A stretch of 64,000 nucleotides of DNA from Octopus vulgaris (lineage: Eukaryota). The DNA is taken from assembly GCA_951406725.2 (NCBI GenBank), contig OX597817.1, forward strand, positions 154,938,001 to 155,002,000, in the 5' to 3' direction. Both the position numbers and the translations under genes were made by a program. Below are positions 25,094-39,491 of this stretch, in pieces. Under the pieces are notes generated by a model that searched no databases, was not told the DNA's origin, and saw nothing but the letters and a program-made list of their open reading frames with translations. Numbering within the stretch: the stretch's first letter is position 1; the number at the start of each line of letters is the position of its first letter.

Positions 25094-27618
25094 ACAGACA
25101 CAGGCATGGCTGTGTGGTGAGAGGCTTGCTTCCCAACCACATAGTTCCAGGTTCAGTCCCACTGCGTGGCATCTTGGGCAAGTGTCTTCTACTATAGCCT
25201 CGGGCCAACCAAAGCCTTGTGAGTGGATTTGTAGACGGAAACTGAAAGGAGCTCGTCGTATGTGTGTGTGTGTGTGTGTGTGTGTCTGTGTTTATCCCTG
25301 TAACTTAGCAGTTCAGCAAAAGAGACCGATAGAATAAGTACTAGGCTTACAAAGAATAAGTCCTGGGGTCAATGTACTCGACTAAAGGCGGTGCTCCAGC
25401 ATGGCCACAGTCAAATGACTGAAACGAGTAAAAGAGTATTGAAACTGGGCATGTGGATAAAAAGTTCTCTTTGTGATCAAGTATACTTAAGTAGCTGTTT
25501 GTATTACAAGTGCTACTTAGCAAAATATATCCTTTCATGTGTGCCTAGTCCAGAATTTTTAATAAGTGACTTAAAACTCAATGCCATGCGACTAATATCC
25601 GCTACCCTTAGCCATGCATTATTACACAAGGACATTTTTATCATCTTTTTCAAAGCTGCTAGGGAAAAATTTTCTAAAAATTACAATTACATTGTTAATT
25701 AAAATTTAATAGAATTATTATTTTTATTAAACTACAGAAACATTTCTGTTCATATAAAAGGTTTTCCATATCCTGTGGTGTCGGTGTCCACTTCATAACT
25801 GCTGCTTTGCAAAAAAAAAAGAGAAAAAAGTGTTTTGACTGCTGCAAAGACAGAACTTTATGAGTACAATAAAACAGTAAAACATTTCTGTGGAATGTTG
25901 ACTGGTCTAAGCATGTCTGCTTGTAAGCAGAATAAAAGAAGAAAAAAAATACATGAATTATTTCTGAACACATTCCTGAAAGAATGAAAGATTTGGTTAA
26001 ATATTTTGATGACACTAATGTTACAAGACTTTAATAGGAAAGCGGAACTTATAAGAAGCCAAGTTTATACTGAAACTTTATCTTTGAAATTCCAATTCAT
26101 TCCTCTTTTATTCTGGAATGTACATTCAGCTACTTTTACCAAGTTGGACAAATACAAACAATAGCTTTAAAGGATAAAATGCTTTGTCTCATTAGTTGAA
26201 TGTTCTGTTAATATCCAACTAATTTTGTTACTTTTTCCAATAAGGATATGAGCAGTTGTTGTTTGAACTATTGTCACACAAGCAATTGTCATGGTATCAT
26301 AGTTTTTTTTTAGAAGCACTCCGTCGGTTACGACGATGAGGGTTCCAGTTGATCCGAATCAACAGAACAGCCTGCTCATGAAATTAACGTGTAAGTGGCT
26401 GAGCAGTCCACAGACACGTGCACCCTTAACATAGTTCTCGGAGATATTCAGCGTGACACAGAGAGTGACAAGGCCGGCCCTTGAAATACAGGTACAACAG
26501 AAACAGGAAGTAAGAGTGAGAGAAAGTTGTGGTGAAAGAGTACAGCAGGGATCACCACCATCCCCTGCCGGAGCCTCGTGGAGCTTTTAGGTGTTTTCGC
26601 TCAATAAACACTCACAACGCCCAGTCTGGGAATCGAAACCGCGATCCTATGACCGCGAGTCCGCTGCCCTAACCACTGGGCCATTGCGCCTCCACTGATA
26701 TCATAGTAGAAGTCCCTTATCCCAGGTACTGCACAGTTGCCATCAAACAGAAAACCAGTCATGTAGTTGTGAAGTGATCGTCGAAACCATGTAGTCATGC
26801 TTGAATAGACACATACATGCATTTTTTCTACTTCTTAAGCCCTTTGCTCACTATGGAGCATGGGGCATCGACAACTTTTTCTCCACTATTCTCTGCTGCT
26901 TTTTCTGCTTTTCTCCAGTTGAATCCCTGCTCCTTGCAGCTTCCTTTCAGATTTTGCTACCCAATGTCATATGTTTTCCTGAGGGAAAGTTTTCTCCTAG
27001 GTCTTGTTGCTTTGAATTCTCATTGATGCTCTTGTAATTTTTTTAGATATTGGTCGTATGCAAACTCATTTTTACCTCTGAGAAGAGGTGGTCCGTATTG
27101 TCTGGTCTCTATCTTTTGATAGGCCCTATCAGGAGCTTGTGCTCAGCTATAGTAGCTCTCAAAATCATTGGGGTACATAAGCCACTATACTGCAACAAGG
27201 GCCAAATTTTGTGGTGGATACATATTCATACTTATATGTATATATTGAAGTTAGCTGCCACAACTTCCCTGCAAGATAAATATGCAGTTTCTTGCAGAAA
27301 ATCAGTTTAGAATCCCAACAACTGAGGCTAGGTCAAAGTGGTTGTAATAGACAAGAGACCATAGAACCATTTTACAGGGGAAGAGTAATTCTGCATGCCC
27401 CAACCCCGCAAAGTGAAGCATACAAGTGGTGAAATGCTTACGACCCTGAAATACCTGCTGAAAACACAGAAGAGTCCCTATCAATGCAATTGCTGTAGTT
27501 ACCATCAGCACAAAGTGTGTGCAACATCTTTAAGTAGCTCGTGCAGTTTTGCTTGCAGCTAAACATCCCAGTTGCTTATTGCAGCATCTATCTCTCTCTT
27601 TCCTCCATCTCTTCCTCC

Positions 27619-27666
<48 letters not shown>

Positions 27667-28029
27667 TACAGTTAAATACATCCCTGAATATGTGTAAAGA
27701 TTTATGTCTATTAGTTATGTACCACAGTGAAACAAAACGGGGGAGGGGGCATTTTAGCATGCAGTCCACCTAGTCATTTATACTTTAGCACGTGGTCAAA
27801 CCCTAACTCTAACCCTAAACCTTAACCCAGATAAGGTCATTTCATGACATAGACTAGAGACTGCAGTAGACTACCTGCTAAAGTAGCACCCAGAAATGTG
27901 TGTATACTGAAGTTCACCACTTTACATAGTCTATAGTATAATTACTTGTATATCCTCATATACATCTGTAATATACACATTCATACAAATACACCTATGA
28001 ATATGTGCATAAAAACATATTTTATGATT

Positions 28030-28119
28030 TGGTCCGGAGGCCATGGCTGGTCCGGAGGCCATGGCTGGTCCGGAGGCCATGGCTGGTCCGGAGGCCATGG
28101 CTGGTCCGGAGGCCATGGC
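28030..28119. repeat. Perfect 18-bp minisatellite x5 (TGGTCCGGAGGCCATGGC)
   Basis: Five identical units read directly. Confidence 0.97.
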
Positions 28120-28590
28120 TTTGTAGCTTTTCCAAAGCTTGTGCGATTAATACGGTGAATGTTCTTTGAGTAGTTTTAGGAAAAAAACATTGGCAAGGTA
28201 GGAATTCCAGAGAGTTGCCTGAGTATAGTGGGTAATGCATGAGGAAAGTAGGGTGATAAAAACAATGAATTGGATAGGCATGGGTAGAGGCAGCACAAGA
28301 CCAACCTGAGAAATAAACCTTTCTAATAACAGAGGTAAAAGCAGAATGAAAAGACCCCATGTTTGTAGCCCAGAGGCTGAGGTGTGTTGATCAGTGATTT
28401 CATGCCAATCGGTCAAGTGACTTCCTTCGGATCTGGCCTAAAATGACCGTGGGGATAGAAACAGTACTATCAGATATGTGGAAACAGTATTCTGTTATAG
28501 GTCTCACTTGAGTTTTGTAGAGAATTAGCAATTGCTGGAAACAGAAGTATTTCGTAATCCTGAGGGGGAAGGCTGGTCTTTGAGATACAA
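28120..28590 (-). mobile_element. Old CR1/L2/Jockey-group LINE remnant
   Basis: LLILYKTQVRPITEYCFHI and TLWNS fragments in shifting frames. Confidence 0.55.
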
Positions 28591-28654
28591 TCATATGTGA
28601 ATGCGTATGTGCTTACACTTGTACGTATTTAAATATGAATGCATGTTGCCACAA

Positions 28655-28693
<39 letters not shown>

Positions 28694-28879
28694 CAAATAA
28701 ATGCACATGCATGCTTATATATTGGTAATATACACAATCATATTTATGTAGTTAATGTCTATATACACACATATATACATACATACATGAATGCATATTT
28801 ACAAGAATGAATGCATGAATACATTACACACATCCAACTTATATACACAAATACACATAACTATACACGCATGAACACA

Positions 28880-29230
28880 CATACATACATACATACATAC
28901 ATACATACATTATGGCTGCCCCCCTTGTTATCGAGTATGGCCATTGCATGAAGCTTAACTGTTACTGGTGCTGTGATTGAATGTGACTTTTTAGCCCAGC
29001 TAAAGATCTACAATGTCTTGTACAGAATTGGCAACTAATACCTTTACTGGTAATAGCCGGCTGTAGTTGTAACTGGGCTTCATGTACCTTTGCATGTCGT
29101 TTAAGTCCTCCTACCGAATTACACTCTCTTCCACTTACCTGACAGATATGATTAGTATGGTGTGTTACACCACCACCAGTGGCCAGGTTGTCACTCATCT
29201 GTTTCGTTTTATGACTACGAAGATGACTCA
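28880..29230 (-). mobile_element. LINE 3' fragment, probably RTE-like, encoding C2H2-type fingers
   Basis: SHLRSH...CQVSGRECNSVGGLKRHAKVH...CQFCTRHCRSLAGLKSHIQSQHQ*, a short 3'UTR and an (ATGT)n tail. Confidence 0.65.
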
Positions 29231-30635
29231 TACATACATACATACATACATCCAACTTACATAAACATATACATGCACATACATACATACATACATACAC
29301 ACATACATAAAACCTTTCACTCCCCCATACATCATATATAGTCCTCTAAGACAGTAGTTCCAATGTGACACCTGTCCAGCCCATGCCAGCATGGTAAATG
29401 GATGTAAAATGATCAGATATATACACAACATACTCTCCTTCTCTCTCTCTCTCCCTCACACACACACACTAGATTTATGAATCACTATTCATTTCCTTTC
29501 TCTTCTCTCCCCAGTAAATCAACATTATTTTCTATTTCTTTCCCAATATTTTCTTACATATGTCTAATACATATAACTTCATAATAACATATGGCAAAAC
29601 ATGAGTTAAACAAACCAACATTGTTTCTCTTCTCTTATCTTGTTGGCCATGTGATATGTCTGTCGGCTGCTCTTTTCATTTCGACATGTGATACTGTGTA
29701 TCGTCTGCTCATGTTGTCATTTGTGTCTTTTTTCTTTCTCACTCTTTCTCCCCATTATATTTTCTTCACCTTCCTGCATTTAATTGCCCCTCATGCTCTT
29801 TGTTTTTGTTTTGTTTTGTTTTTTGTACTTTTTCAACCTTCCTATTTTTCGTTTGGCGGGAGTGGAGGCGGGGAGGAAGCAATGTTTGGAGCACATGTAC
29901 ACTCTTCTCTCTACCATCACTGCACCAACTCTCTACTTTCTCTTTCCTTTTCCTATATTTATCTCAAGTATGTTTAATATATTAAATAACAAACAAAACG
30001 ACATAAGATATACGACAAACAAAAAAAAAACCCCATACAAAACGTAATAAACATTGTAACAATTCCATCGTGGTAGAATCATGAGAAGCTAATTTAAAAG
30101 CCTCACATATACCGTTATAGTCACATTTGTTTGTTTTAATTTTGTAACAGTATTGCTTGCTCTTAAGCGTAACATACTGTTAAATATCAAAGTCTTTTTG
30201 TCGTATGTCTGGCCTGGTCATTCTGTCTATCATGATGTAATTGCTTTGCTTCCAACACACATTCTCAGATCAAGTCATTTGCCAATCAAGTAACAACAGC
30301 TGAAATTATAACATTTTTTTTTTGTCTTGTCAATTTGTCATTTGATATATTGGGGCTTCTGCATTTGAAATACATTTGGTCATCTGTCACAGTGGGTTGG
30401 TGGGTCTACCCTCTTTCCAGCAACATTTGTGGTATATGTGTAATTCTCTCTCTCTTCAGTCAGCGGTTACTGTCTATCCTTTCTCATTCTTACCATCCCA
30501 AAAGCATATATTTATTATATCAATATATTGTATGTTCCATTACTTACACACCCCTATCATTTTAACTACGTTTCTCTCTTACCCTTTCTGTTAGCTACCC
30601 GTTTCTTTCTTCACACCTTCCCCACTTTTCTGATC

Positions 30636-30925
<290 letters not shown>

Positions 30926-31804
30926 CATACACATCTGGTCATATGTAATATTCATACATGCGTACATACTAGCATTAACACACACATCTGGTTATATAAT
31001 ACATGATAATATTCATATCTTTCTTTGATCTTTTATTTGTTTCGGTCGTTTGACTGCGGCCATGCTGGGGCACCGCCTTTAGTCGAACAAATCAACCCCA
31101 AGACTTATTCTTTGTAAACCTGGTAATTGCGCATACATCCTTACATAAACATACACATGCACAATTTATACTTTGTATTTAGAACAAATTGGGATATAGA
31201 ACCTTTAGGCTTCTCTTTTTCCTTCTCTGTACTACTACTACTCCTGCTATTACTACCACCACTACTAATGCTACCACCACTACTGCTACAACTATTATTA
31301 TTACCAACAATACTACTATTACCACCACCACCACTACTATTGTTCATAACTTCATTAAAAGGAAGGAAGTGTAGTGTAGAGTTTAACAAAAGTTATATAC
31401 ACCTATACATAAGTGTATATATACATACATGTACACACATAAATATATAAGCATACCTACATGTAAGTATTTAGCAGGCATACACGCACACACACGCACT
31501 TATATCGACCTATTCTTGTGTTAATAGTGAGGTGTAGGGCATGAGAAAATTCTACATATGCGTCCGCAAAAATTCAGTCACGTGCAAATATCACATATAC
31601 ACATGTACATGCATGCGCATACAAACATGCATGTATATAGGCGTAGGCGTGGCTGTGTGGTAAGTAGCTTGCTTACGAACTACATGGTTCCGGGTTCAGT
31701 CCCACTGCGTGACACCTTCGGCAAGTGTCTTCTGCTATAGCCTCAGGCCGATCAAAGCATTGTGAGTGGATTTGGGAGACGGAAACTGAAAGAAGCCCGT
31801 CGTA

Positions 31805-31845
<41 letters not shown>

Positions 31846-33478
31846 GAAAAATACAAACTGGGACAAGAACGTAAAACATTTAGAAGACGATACAAAAAAC
31901 ACGGACGGGACATTCGAAGCCTTCAATCTTCAGTCAAGAACCGGATATTCCTAGCAATTTCGGCTGATATATATATGTGTGTGTGTGTTTTGTTTATCCT
32001 GCCAACATCGCTTGACAATCGATGCTGGTGTGTTTACGTCCCCGTAACTTAGCGGTTCGGCAAAACAGACCGATAGAATAAGTACTAGGCTTACAAAGAG
32101 TAAGTCCTGGGGTCGATTTGCTCGACTAAAACCCCTCAAGATGGTAGTGCTCCAGCATGGCTGTAGGCAAATGACTGAAACACATAAAAGAATAAAAGAG
32201 CAAAAGAATAGCGCCATTAATGTATCTTGTAAGAAATAATCAATGCTACAACTTCACCATACACCTGCCTGCTGTTTCTAGCAGCTCAAGTATGTGACCA
32301 ATGTAGAGTCTTCCATGTTGGCTGTGTAAGGTGCAATGTGCATGGGTTAGCCAACTTGGGAGACCCTTCATGGTCACTCATACTGCTAGAAACAGCAGTC
32401 AAATCTCTTTCATATGCTGCACTGCTAACTTGAAAATAAGGAACAAGTTTGAAAAAATGCTGGAGTGATCATAGATGGATGCTTTCGACTGTAAGTTTTC
32501 TTCATCTGCATTGATCAGGATCTAAACATATTTAACTCACAAACACTTATTTCATGCAAAGGTCTAATACATTGAATTAATAAAAAAAACGATAAATGTC
32601 GCCCTTTTCAAGCTTAGCCAGGCTCATGGGCCCGGTTTCCTGGTTTCTATGTCATATGTGTTCCCCCCAGCTGGACAGGACGCCAGTCCATCACAGCGTT
32701 ACTTAAGAAACAGGAAGAGAGAATGAGGGAAAGAGGACAACAGGGGTCGCCACCACCCCCTGCGGGAGCCTCGTGGAGCTTGTAGGTGTTTTCACTCAAT
32801 AAACACACACAACGCCCGGTCTGGGAATGGAAACCACGGTCCTCCGACCGCGAGTCCGCTACCCTAACCACTAGGCCATTGCGCCTCCACATACATTGAA
32901 TTATTATATTAAGGCGGCAAACTGGCAGAAATGTTACCATGCCAGGCAAAATGCATAGCGGCATTTCATCTGTCTTTACATTCTGAGTTCAAATCCTGCC
33001 AAGGTTGATTTTATTTTTCATCCTTTCAAGGTTGATAAATTAAGTACCAGTTGAACACTGGGGTTGATGTAATCGACTCATCCCCACCTCCCCCAAGCTG
33101 CTCTTGTGGCAAAAATTTGAAATATATTACTATTAATATTAAGGCGGTGAGCTGGCAGAACTGTTAGCACACCAGGCAAAATGCTTAGCGGCATTTCATC
33201 CGTCTTTATATACTGGGTTCAAACTTCACCAAGGTTGGTTTTACTTTTCATCCTTTCGAGGTTGATAGAATAAGTACCAGTTGAGTACTGGGGTCAATGA
33301 AATTGACTTACCCCCTCCCCTGCAAATGCTGGCTTTGCACCAAAATTTGAGACTATTATATTACTGGTACTTATTTCATCAAGTGTAACTATCTTCTTCC
33401 CAAAGTGTGACTGGAATAAAGGACAGTTTTCCTAGGTGAGATTTGAACGCAAAATGTAAATAACTGATGTATTTATAA

Positions 33479-33872
33479 CTAGCAGTATTGCCCGGCGTTG
33501 CTCGGGTTTGTAAGGGAAATAACTATAAAGCATTTTTAGAGAGTTATAGCCAAAAAATAGCAAAAAAATGTATTAAAAATGGAAAAAATATGATGGTAAA
33601 TTTTTTTTTAAATCGCTGACTCATCGTAGACACTTTTAGAGAGTTACTTCCCTTATATTTAAAAAATATGCATTAAAATGGAAAAAAATGATGGTAAATT
33701 ACTTTTAAAATCGTAGACTCATCGTAGACGCGCGCTAATACTCAGAAGGGCTCGATATGAATCACAACTATAAGATACCCGGTTTTGGTTAAACTGCACC
33801 GCAAAATGTGGGAGTAGTTAGGAATCTAAATCGGAGTAGACAGACACACAACTTGACTTTTATATATAAAGA
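33479..33872 (-). mobile_element. Non-autonomous Helitron
   Basis: Minus strand 5'-TC...CCCGAGCAACGCCGGG hairpin...CTAG-3', inserted between A and T with no TSD. Near-identical to 60353-60739. Confidence 0.82.
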
Positions 33873-35943
33873 TAACTACATAACACAAGGCATTTAGTTT
33901 AGTTCTTATACCATTTCTACCTCTTCATTATCTTTCCATAGAACTTAAAGTAACTTATCTATAAAAAAAAAAATGTAGACCAACAATAGGAAGAGAATGG
34001 ACAACATAGTGTGTGCTACTAAATTACTTTTGCTACCATATTTCAATTCATAGTAACCATATTTCAATTCATATTAACTTAAAGGATTTTTTGAGAAATA
34101 TTATTGTGATAATAGTGGTGATGGTGGTGGGTGTAAGTAATTGCTAGCCACTACACATTCTTTATTTTCTCTCCTTGTCTCTTTCTATGTTCTTTTCTGT
34201 GGAAGAAATGTTAAAGACTTCTTCACTTCCCAAGATGTTAAACTAATACATCTGTTTGTTGTCAACACCACCTGTTTTCGTCTTTTGTTTTTTTGTGAAT
34301 TCCCCACTTTAGAGTTCTAATCCAGCTCAGGCTGTTGTTAAACTCTCTCTTTCTCTCTCTCCCTACTTCTCTCTCTCTTTCTCTCCCTCTCTCTCTTTCT
34401 CTCTCTCCCTCTCTCTCTTTCTCTTTTCTCCCCCCCCTCTCCATTTGTTAGTCTGTCTATCCTTCCATACCTTCAGCTGAACCTGTTCAAAATGTGTGAT
34501 GAATCACAAAATTGTTCTTCACCCCCCCCCATCTCATGTCTAAACATTGCTAAGTTTTGGAGTTATGTGGAACAGCTGTTATTGCATCCAGTCCATTGAT
34601 TCTATCATTCCATCAACTGCCAGCTAAGTCCATTGTTAAAATTACCTTACCACCTACCTTTGGCTAGGAAGGGAAAGCAGTTTTCCTCTGCCTAGTGGTG
34701 TAATGAGAGAGATAGTAAGGTGAAGATATTTGCTGTAACTAGATACAGTTTCCTCTCTGGCCATGCTCTCTTCAGCATTTCTCAAGTACTTTTTGAAGAG
34801 GATAATGAGAATGGACAGGAAAGTGCTACCCTTCAGTATATTTGCTAAAAAAAAAGGGACAAGTGAAGTGGTTATGATTTGGTTAAGTAGGCCATCTCTG
34901 AATATGCAATTGGAGGTTGCAGTCAAAAACTGGGGGGGGGTGTCACTTGGCATTGGAACTAAGTGCAATCAGGATTGTGTAGAGTTCCTTGGTTTGTCTG
35001 CAAGTGACAGGAATCCTATTTGAACTTAAATAAAATGAAAAACAGAAACAAACAAAAATCATTCATAAACACAATTTCTATTTTTCTCTTTTGTCTTCTC
35101 TTAGTTTCTATAATATTCTGCCACTATTCTTTGTGAAGGCGCGTGGCTCAGTGGTTAGAGCGTCGAGCTTACGATCGTGAGGTTGTGAGCTCGAATCCCG
35201 GACCGGGCTGCGTGTTGTGTTCTTGAGCGAGACACTTTATTTCACATTGCTCCAGTTCACCCAGCTGTAGAAATGAGTTGCGACGTCACAGGTGCCAAGC
35301 TGTATCGGCCACTTTACCTTTCCCTTGGACAACATCGGTGACGTGGAGAGGGGAGACCGGTATGCATGGGCGACTGCTGGTCTTCCATAAAACAACCTTG
35401 CCCAGACTTGTGCCTCAGAGGGTAACTCTCTAGGTGCAAACCCATGGTCAGTGTCTGACCGAAGGGGGTCACCATTCTATGTGTATTGCACTTCAGCATT
35501 CTCCATCTGCCTCTCTGAAGGTGACAGACAGAATCATTAGAACCATTAGAAAAAATGCCTTGCAATACTCCTTTATTCCTTCCACTTCTTTATACTCTGA
35601 GTTCAAATCTTATTGGAATCAATGTTGACCTTCATCCCAAGTCAATAAAATAAAATACAAAGCAAGTACTGGTTTTTATGCTGTTGACTAACCCATCCAT
35701 CCAAATTGCTAGTCCTGAGCCTAAATTGCAAACTTTAATTATTGGCCAAATTGGTAGAACCTCAATAATTCTGAGTTTGAATCCTACTAGGCTGAAATGT
35801 TCTTTTGTCCTTCTAGGATTAACAATATAAAATTTTTTTTAAAAACTGTCTAGTACTGATGTTGATCTCATCAATGACACTCTCGCACAAAATGTGTGGC
35901 TTCCTTGAGACTGTATTAAAAATTATTATTATTTCATATACAT

Positions 35944-36345
35944 AGGCGCAGGAGTGGCTGTGTGGTAAGTAGCTTGCTGACCAACCACATGGTTCCGGGT
36001 TCAGTCCCACTGCGTGGCATCTTGGGCAAGTGTCTTCTGCTATAGCCCCGGGCCGACTAATGCCTTGTGAGTGGATTTGGTAGACGGAAACTGAAAGAAG
36101 CCTGTCGTATATATGTATATATATATATGTGTGTGTTTGTGTGTCTGTGTTTGTCCCCCTAGCATTGCTTGACAACCGATGCTGGTGTGTCTACGTCCCC
36201 GTCACTTAGCGGTTCGGCAAAAGAGACCGATAGAATAAGTACTCGGCTTACAAAAAGAATAAGTCCCGGGGTCGGTTTGCTCGACTAAAGGCGGTGCTCC
36301 AGCATGGCCGCAGTCAAATGACTGAAACAAGTAAAAGAGAAAGAG
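35944..36345 (+). mobile_element. SINE family A, representative full copy (tRNA-like head, internal TA/TG microsatellite, AAAGAGT-type tail)
   Basis: Other copies at about 532-720(+), 3716-4150(-), 4405-4787(-), 7185-7576(-), 12186-12792(+, interrupted), 15597-16025(-), 25098-25438(+), 31639-32200(+, interrupted), 36463-36806(-), 42785-42970(-), 53604-54030(+), 56395-56780(+), 59736-60133(-), 61073-61482(+). Confidence 0.9.
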
Positions 36346-36627
36346 TATACAACAGGCTGAAGTGTTAGAAAAGAAAAATTCCTAACATCAGGCTACAAGT
36401 AATTTTAGATACCAAGAATGCTCCTAAGTATTCTAACTGTCCCTGGTAATACTGTTTTATTATTCTCTTTACTCTTTTACTTGTTTCAGCCATTTCACTG
36501 CAGCCATGCTGGAGCACCGCCTTATTCTATCAGTCTCTTTTGCTGAACCGCTAAGTGACGGGGACGTAAACACACCAGCATCGGTTGTCAAGCAATGCTA
36601 GGGAGACAAACACAGACACACAAACAC

Positions 36628-36685
<58 letters not shown>

Positions 36686-36952
36686 CACGACAGGCTTCTT
36701 TCAGTTTCCGTCTACCAAATCCACTCACAAGGCATTGGTCGGCCCGGGGCTATAGCAGAAGACACTTGCCCAAGGTGCCACGCAGTGGGACTGAACCCGG
36801 AACCATATTATTTATTTATTCTGTACTGTCCACAATGTTTTTCTTAATGTAAACCCTTTGTGGTTAATAAAGGAATAATAATAATTATTATTATTGTTAT
36901 TATTATCATCATTGTTATTATTATTATTATTTTTGTATTTATACTTTTAGAG

Positions 36953-37111
36953 ATGGAGGACACCAAGAAAGAGAATATCGCAAATTTGTTTGAGAAGCTG
37001 GATGTGTCTGGAGAAGAAGTCTACGTCCTGGCTTTGGATATCGGCACCACAATGATACGGGCTTACGTATACGATAGGAATATTAACATTGTAGGTTCAT
37101 TTCACACGAAG
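36953..37111 (+). CDS. GK5: GK5-like FGGY kinase, first identified coding exon (MEDTKKEN...VYVLALDIGTTMIRAYVYDRNINIVGSFHTK)
   Basis: Acceptor ttttAG at 36949-50, ATG at 36953, donor AAG|GTTAGT. Contains the FGGY phosphate-1 motif LALDIGTT. Ends in phase 0. Confidence 0.9.
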
Positions 37112-38465
37112 GTTAGTTATCGATATTAAGTTTCTTAACTTTCTATGATCTTTGTATGACTGCCATTTAATTTGTTTACGGCACCAATATTAATTAATAA
37201 GTGACTTCCTCTATGCGATATGGTACCAATATTAATAACTCACTTCCTACTTCCGTTCTCTCTCTTTTTTTCTTTCTCCCCCTCGCTCTCCCTTCCAACT
37301 CTTTTTCTCTCTACCTCTCTCCCCCTCTCTGGTTCATCTCCTCTTTATCACTGTTTTCATGCACTGAGCTGGATGAGGCTTCTTCTCAGTCCCTTCTTCT
37401 GCCTCCGCCTCCAGAATCAGTGCAGCATATGTTGTGTTTATGTGTGTATATATATACATGAATGTATGTATCATACATATGTTCACATATATGAAGCAAG
37501 CATATATACATACATATATACACACACATACATACTACACACACACACACACACATACTTTGGGTTAAGCAAAATCATGTATGTCTACATATTTAACATA
37601 TTTACACGCATCATCATCATCATTTATCTTTATCCCTATCGCATTTCATAATCTCTGCTAGCTATTCAACATCTGCAGGATGTCCCCTCTTCCCCATGGA
37701 GAAATGCTCCACTTAGCAAGCACCTCCTTGCCCCATTCCCAAACCACCTCTTACCCAGAACCACTCCCTGCATTTTTCTTCCTGTCTAGAGTCCCCACCT
37801 CACACGTCCAGAACCTCCCCATCTCATACAAAACAAACACTCACCCACCCAGAACTATACTTCTACTCAAAACCTAACCCTTATCTTTGTCGCTTTTGGC
37901 CATTTTTCTTTATCTTTTCTCCATTCTAACTCACTCACTCTCTCCCTCTCCCCCTTCTCTCTTCATTTCTTTCATTTCTCTGTAACTTAAGAACGTTTGA
38001 ATAACTCATTCATCAAATGATGAGTTAACACTGCTACCAGGTACTGAGCCCTTAGACAAGACACACTACTCTTAGCCTTTATTATAGCTGTGTAATGGTT
38101 TTCAAATACTCTTTCACTGTCCAGTTCTTCTTAATTAGCTGAAGGATGTGTAGACATTCATTTATTCAGCTGTTATTGTTGTTAAACCACAGGTCAGCCC
38201 TGATTGAACAGACTAAAAGACATTTCAGGCATGACCATCCTAACTGTTTTCTTTATATCAGGGATTACATTATCCAATGTATTCTTCCCCTTTTTTAAGC
38301 CTAGATGTGAGAAAGATTTGTCTGCTATTTCAGCAAGTTGACCAGAGCAAGCATGTAGAGGAGCCCTCATTTGCTCATCATCTATCGGACTGTAATACCC
38401 ATTGGTCCAATGTTGTAATTGCTTATTTGCTTGCTTCATGGTTCTTGCTTGATGGGACTGGGGTC

Positions 38466-39343
38466 GGATCTTTTCAATTCTGAAGCCAGGACCACAGATC
38501 TTTCTACTTAACTAAATATTCTGAAACTTCGTATGCTGATAGAGTCTAGCAAAACAAGACACAGGTTGGAACTAGTTTATTTGAGAAAAATCTATTTTAT
38601 GACTTTAATCGTAGATTAAAACTGCGAATTTTAACCAATCAGATTGTTTGTAAAACTTGACTGCATTCTATTAGTGTGACGTAGAAAGCGCTTTTGTGAC
38701 GTACTAACGTTCGGAAAACTGTAAACAAACACAGAATGTAACGGCAGACGAAATACGGCTACGCATTTCGCCCGGCGTGCTAACGTTTCTGCCAGCTCTT
38801 TGCTTTTTTAATATTAAATTTCTTGCCTTTTGCACAAATAAATACAATAAGTGAAATGAAACGCATTAGCTTAGAAACGAAATCTTGTTAGAAGCCTCGT
38901 CACTGAGATGCCACTTCTTAATAGCAAACGAAAGCAAGTACTAACAGAATGGAAACATTTTCAATTTAATACATGTGGCTTATTAACTAGTTTTAAATAT
39001 TGTTATTAGAAGGTGGCTGACTATAGGATCCTGGAAACATGAGTACGTTAAATAATTAGAAGGAGATTTCACGGAGACATGCGGCTTGTTTACATTTAAG
39101 ATGTTTAATACGTCACCAAATTGGTGGTCGAGACGGAGTAAATAAAATAAAGCCGAATGACGGAATATCATTGGTTAAAATTCTAATTATTAAACAACGT
39201 TAAACTTAGAAGTTACAATTCCGTTTTCATTCTGGTTTACAATTAAGTTTACTTTTGACACATTCTACCAGTATACGAAGTTTCAAATTGTTTGGTTCAG
39301 TAGGAAAAATCTGAAAAAACTGGCTTCAGAATTGAAAAGATCC
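38466..39343. mobile_element. MITE with GG..CC termini and perfect 8-bp TSD (Merlin-like)
   Basis: 24-bp perfect TIR GGATCTTTTCAATTCTGAAGCCAG. TSD CTGGGGTC at 38458-65 and 39344-51. Contains a SINE fragment at about 38731-38797. Confidence 0.88.
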
Positions 39344-39491
39344 CTGGGGTCAGCCCTGGTTGATGGTCCCAGAGGCATCATTGTGTGTGTGGGGCCAACC
39401 AGGTCCACCAGTGCTCCCCATCGCTGGTGGTCCCATACCAGTCTCTCTGCATCCTCTAAGATGACATCAAGCCTTTGGAGATCTTGCTTAA

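Noticed and set aside
34654-35023. Non-repetitive-looking overlapping ORFs with possible minus-strand splice signals
   Set aside because: No recognisable protein motif, homopolymer runs, and no partner exons.
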